This document shows positions 59,208 to 64,000 of a stretch of DNA of 64,000 nt, in pieces (position 1 is the stretch's first letter; every line of letters begins with the position of its first letter). The DNA comes from Flectonema sp. DT1601 (taxonomy: Eukaryota), in assembly GCA_964019425.1 (NCBI GenBank), contig OZ025795.1:744001-808000 (forward strand), in the 5' to 3' direction. The notes beneath the pieces were generated by a model. That model made no database searches, was not told the DNA's origin, and was given only the letters and a program-made list of their open reading frames with translations. The translations under genes were made by a program, and so were the position numbers.

Positions 59208-62200
59208 CTACCTTGAATAAGAAGTAACAGTACTATCCTCAACAGAGCAGTTCTTAGAAGGTGAGTAAGTTGTATGCGACTGCATGGCTTCAGTTGTTGT
59301 GTACGTAGTGTCAGACTGTCCTTCATGATCAACACGCTGCTCTTGATATGCTTCAGATCTCTTAGTTATTTCATCACCTCCTAACTTTCTTAATGGAACC
59401 TCCTCTTCTATTGAACTTGATGGTGTTGGAACTCCTTCTAACTTATCAAAAGCTACCTTCTGTTGATGCTGTTGATGTACAAATGACATTCCCTGAAACC
59501 ACTGTTGATGTTGTTATTAGTGTTGCTAAAGACTTAGTAAATCAAAAAAATAAAATAAAATAAAAAAAAGACATACATCCGTAACAAGTCTCGTAACTCG
59601 ATCATCAACCTGTTGGATGGTTGTTGGGATTTCAAACTGTTTTGGAGCGAATGTTGGAATCATTGGCTGTAGTCGGATAGGTATGTCTTCTGGTTGCTCA
59701 GGTACGTCTTGTTCCTTTAGTCTGATGGGAATATCTTCAGCGATAATTACATCTTCATTCTTAAGATTAATTGGTACATCTTCGATAACCACGTTATCAA
59801 CTTCTTTAATAATGAATTCATAGTTTTTGATCACATCATCTCTCGTTGATTCAATGCCGTGAGTGAAATACTCTTTTCCCTGTAAAATACTATCGCTAAC
59901 CCTCTCCCTTATCGGAGACTGATACGGAGAAGTAGCTCGTTGATCCCAACGAGGTGATTTATATATTTGCTTACTGGCTACAGTTGCAATAGTTGCAATC
60001 GTAGAGGAACAGAACCTATGGAACATTGAATCGTATTCTCTACCACATTGAGATACAACCACGGATCTATTAACGTCTTCTGCTGTGAGGACGTTACTCC
60101 ACAACAAGTTGATAAAAAATGAATGATTCCTTCGAATCAAATTATATCTGTTTGTGAACTCACTGAACTCTAACGCGTCAATCGCAATGAGACTTCTTTC
60201 TATTTTCTCATTCTGTTGAACGTTAATTAGTTTTTGATTAAAATCATTTTGTTTTTGATCTCTCTGTAAGAGCATTCTGCTAACGAGGATTTCTACGTCT
60301 GTTGAAGTCACAATAGAACCACCTGCATGAATACTTGTATTTTGACAAAAGTGAAGCGTACAGACAAGAATAGAAAGCACAGCTGGGATGGAAGCTGATG
60401 TTGTCATTTCGACTCTCACTGGTCTCTTCTTCCTCAAAACCTCATTTAGAAGAATCTTTTTCGCCAGCTGCTGAACTTGCAAATCAGTCACTTCGTGATG
60501 TCTTTTACGAAAGGTTTCTAGTTCAGGTCCCTGGATTGTCACCTTTGATTTTAGTATTGGATTTTCTGTGAGTTTATCACCACAGTTCATGATCACACCT
60601 CTCAATACTCGTTGAGCTGTTGCCTCAAGAGTATGTTTTGCTATAATCTTATGAGCGCTTTCCGTGCTTCGTTGCTTCAGTACCCTCTGTTCTTCTCGCA
60701 TTGCCATCGAATTTTCAATTTCCGTCATAATGACATTCGGATCTCCAGAAAAAGGTCTAAAATTAGTCCTTTGTGTAGAGGACTCATGGGGAGACCCAAC
60801 ACCACCGTAGGTGGCGGAGTTATTTTTTGGAAGAAGCGTGTCAGCTGGTTTTGTAATAACTATGTGTCTATTAAGAACACTGTGCTGTAATAATGAGATT
60901 GGTTTTGGAGGTCTACTCATATCAGATACAGTACAAGATGATACAGGTACATGTACAGGTTGATGTTTATGAATTATTGGAAGTCCTCCAGTCCCAACAT
61001 TAACTGTTTGAGGATTAGTACCAACAGCTGATATTAGTTCTGAATGTGGTTTTCTTTTATATCGACGCCACTTATCCCAATAAGGACGACGTCTCCATTG
61101 AACCATCCATCCGAGTAGTGTGTGAACTATCTTTGATCTTCTGACTCCAAACTTTCTAACGAGAACATTCCTCCTCAAAGTATCGTAGTAACGATTTGTT
61201 AGTACCATTCTCGTGTTTGAATAGAGTGACTGAAGTTGCTGAAGTTTTCTGCGAGCTCGTTTCGCCTGAACCTTCTCAAGAATGAACAGCTGCCACCTTG
61301 CGAAGTATCGATCTCTCAACTTTCGCTCAACAGCTGCAAACATACGGGGGATTGCTAAGGTAACATTTCTAGTTGCAGTCTGACGCTTGTCTTTAAGTAG
61401 CTGCTTCAGTCCTTCTGTTAGCTCCTCCGGCAACTTAACACCGACGTCAATATGAGCCGGAGCCGCGGGAAGTGGTTGCTGTACTACAACTGGTTGGTTA
61501 CTCTTTCTAACTTCTCTCTGCAACTCGTCGATGACTTGCTGCTGCTGCTGGAGCTGAAGTTGAAGAGCTTGCGCAAGTCTTTCAGTAGCTCGGTCAGGTT
61601 CGGGTTGAGCAGGTACTGGTTGGTTAACAACCACTACCTGGGGCTGCTGTTGTTGCTGAGGGTGTTGGGATTGCTGTTGTTGGTGGTGCTGAAGGTGATC
61701 GTCGTGTGGCTGGTGATGTGATTGCTGCTGCCGTTGGTGGACTACTTGCTGATTTTGTTGTTGCTGATAGCGTTGTTGTTGCTGCTGAGTCACTTGATCT
61801 AAAATTAGCGTATCAACGCCACCAACTAAATGAAGACTTGTCGGCACATCAGGTCTTGCCTGACTAACAAGTGTCACTTTCTTCTCAGCCACTTGCACCG
61901 GAGACTGATCTACGAAGTGTGGAATTCCAGATATTCGAGTTGGCTGCCCCGGTTGGTTCCGTGGTTCTCTTGGAAATATTAGCGGGTGTTGGGAGAGGAG
62001 TTGAACAGCTCTGGTTTCCAACAGCGACTTCGATACGATGACATCGCGAGGTACTGAAGATGCTGGTGAGTGTGCTAACTTCGGGGGAGGAGGTAGCTCA
62101 GTCGATTGAACGTTGCAATCGTAAGTTGCGTTTTGAAGTTTTTTTTCAATAGTTCTCAGACTTCGTTTTTGGATTTCAAGTGCCGGCGGATCTCTCAGTT

Positions 62201-62354
62201 CAAAAGTTAACTTCTCTATCGCAGACTCCACAATACCTTCTTCAAGGATTCCCCTTTCTGGAATCATATCAAGAACACCATTACTAACTCGATCATCGAA
62301 TCCTTCTCGTAGCCTTGCGAGGATTTCTACTACTCCTTCGTCCTGATCAGACAT
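59208..62354 (-). CDS. Hypothetical Q-rich protein, 2 exons (59577-62354, 59208-59501), ~1023 aa
   Basis: Long ORF with polyQ/H tracts and RYFARW/RRPYWDKW helical repeats. Intron 59502-59576 (GTATGT...CAACAG) joins it in frame to the 59208-59489 ORF. Confidence 0.75.
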
Positions 62355-62731
62355 TCAACTCATTACGTCATTCACTGTGTCAGGGAGGGTTGTGTTTTCT
62401 ATTGGAAATAATAATACAAAACAATTGAAATAACATTTACAACAAATCCTTAACAATGTAATTGTGATCTGTTGTGAACAGTGTGAAATAATGTTACTCG
62501 AACATGTCTGTTGTGGTTTCTTGAACTCACCCGGCAGACTCAGCTGCGAAGTGGGAGTGCTATGATACTATTGCACATTCGGACGTAGCGTTTTTGAGAC
62601 AAGACAACAAACAGTAGTTTCACATAGTACAGAATAAAGAAACCAAATGAACGAACGGATGATATAAATTATGAAAATAATGCATCGAATACTACGTACT
62701 CAGGCACAAGAGATGATCATCATAGACAACA

Positions 62732-63859
62732 CTATGCCCATACGGTAGGAGTTACGTCGCTTGCTCTGTTGTCTCCTGGTAATGCTTTTAGCATTAGGCT
62801 TGCTATTGTTTCGGCTTTCTTTCGATCACCTACTTTATTATAAAGTGATAATAGCTCACGATAAACTTCTCTGTGATCGACATTGTCTCGTCTTGCTTGT
62901 TCCAACCCAGCTTCAGCTAGAGCTATACTGCGAGCGTCAACCTTTATTCCACCCCTACATTCTAACTTACAAGCCCTAATAAATATACAATATGTAACAA
63001 AGTCTGGAGCTGTTCCTATTTCACGAAGTTTATTATAAATCAGAGCAATTGCATTCATGTCTAAAGGTTTGAGGTGGAGACGCATGACTTGATTAAAGAC
63101 AGTTGAGGACGGAGTCAGACCCTCATTTATTGATTCAGTTAATATTTGCATACCAGCCTTTGGATCGCCAGCCTTGATGCAAGTTTTTAGAAGTGCTGCG
63201 AATGTTTCATCGTTGTATTGAATGTTTCTTTCATTCATTTCCTCAAATACTTTCCTTGCTGCAGGGTAGTTATTACATGCTTGAATAGCCCAATGATAAG
63301 ACATTCGATCTGGTTGTAGTCCTGAAGATTTCATCGCTTCTAACACACTTAACGCATATGACTGTTCTCCTCTTTTTGCGAATCCCATTAGAAGATAATT
63401 ATAGGCCTGCTTAGTTACTGCCCAACCACCATCTTTCATTTCTGCTAATACTTGACGGATTCCTTGAAGATCTCCTACCATAGCATGCCCTTTCATTAAT
63501 TCCTCGTACGGTTCAGAGCAGTTTAAAATGTCTTTTCGTTTCATCTCTTCGAGGTATGCTCGAGCTTCAATATTTCTTCCCCATCTGGCGAGGAGTGTAA
63601 TTGACTGGATCATTGCTGCAGATCCGCAGGTATATCCAGCATCTGATAATCTTGTTATCTCACTTTTTAACGCAGCCGCTAATGCCGCACTCCTCTGCTG
63701 ACCAACTCTAACGTGCTGAACAGTTCCTAGTGTCCATCTTAAAAAATCAGCAACGTCTCTGTCACTCATTCCATCAGGAAACTTCCTTGGTCCCAAATCA
63801 AACGACGAAGGAGCGTATCCCCAACTCCCCCATCGACGCGCGACGACTCTTCGTATCAT
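62732..63859 (-). CDS. Pentatricopeptide repeat (PPR) protein, probably mitochondrial
   Basis: 35-aa repeats such as AYNYLLMGFAKRGEQSYALSVLEAMKSSGLQPDRM and TFAALLKTCIKAGD; N-terminus MIRRVVARRW. Confidence 0.9.
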   Translation of the reverse strand: MIRRVVARRWGSWGYAPSSFDLGPRKFPDGMSDRDVADFLRWTLGTVQHVRVGQQRSAALAAALKSEITRLSDAGYTCGSAAMIQSITLLARWGRNIEARAYLEEMKRKDILNCSEPYEELMKGHAMVGDLQGIRQVLAEMKDGGWAVTKQAYNYLLMGFAKRGEQSYALSVLEAMKSSGLQPDRMSYHWAIQACNNYPAARKVFEEMNERNIQYNDETFAALLKTCIKAGDPKAGMQILTESINEGLTPSSTVFNQVMRLHLKPLDMNAIALIYNKLREIGTAPDFVTYCIFIRACKLECRGGIKVDARSIALAEAGLEQARRDNVDHREVYRELLSLYNKVGDRKKAETIASLMLKALPGDNRASDVTPTVWA

Positions 63860-64000
63860 GTGATTCTATTTTATTAGGAATGAAGGATTGGATTTATTAC
63901 GAATGATATCGGAGGTTGTTTGTTATTTTTTATTTTTCAACGGGTTCGTCATAAAAGTCTAATGACCTGTTTAAAACGGGGAGGGCGAAAAGATTTTTTC

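Overview
Eukaryotic, AT-rich nuclear DNA. About 26 protein-coding genes lie head-to-tail, all on the minus strand, with short GT-AG introns and long poly(A)/poly(T) tracts between genes. The unidirectional layout, the cis-introns and several gene families suggest a euglenozoan, most likely a diplonemid (inference). Splicing the ORF track by hand merges fragments into single genes: an NDR kinase, a ~2237-aa pseudokinase plus multi-TBCC/RP2 protein, RPLP1, an ankyrin protein and a ubiquitin-like/polyQ protein. It also reveals a B-box gene at the left edge that the track missed. Main points of interest: (1) an intronless, GC-rich, 3459-aa secreted chimera that joins a bacterial giant-adhesin-like region to EGF, CAP, VWD and a Cys-rich C-terminal module, with an internal low-GC block; (2) a recent ~975-bp intragenic duplication of the only RP2-like repeat that keeps GAP residues; (3) cis-intron acceptors are A/C-rich while presumed trans-splice acceptors are pyrimidine-rich; (4) a degenerate repeat family inside the two longest introns; (5) several unusual domain architectures. 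No tRNA, rRNA or CRISPR array was recognised. Family assignments come from motif recognition, not database searches.
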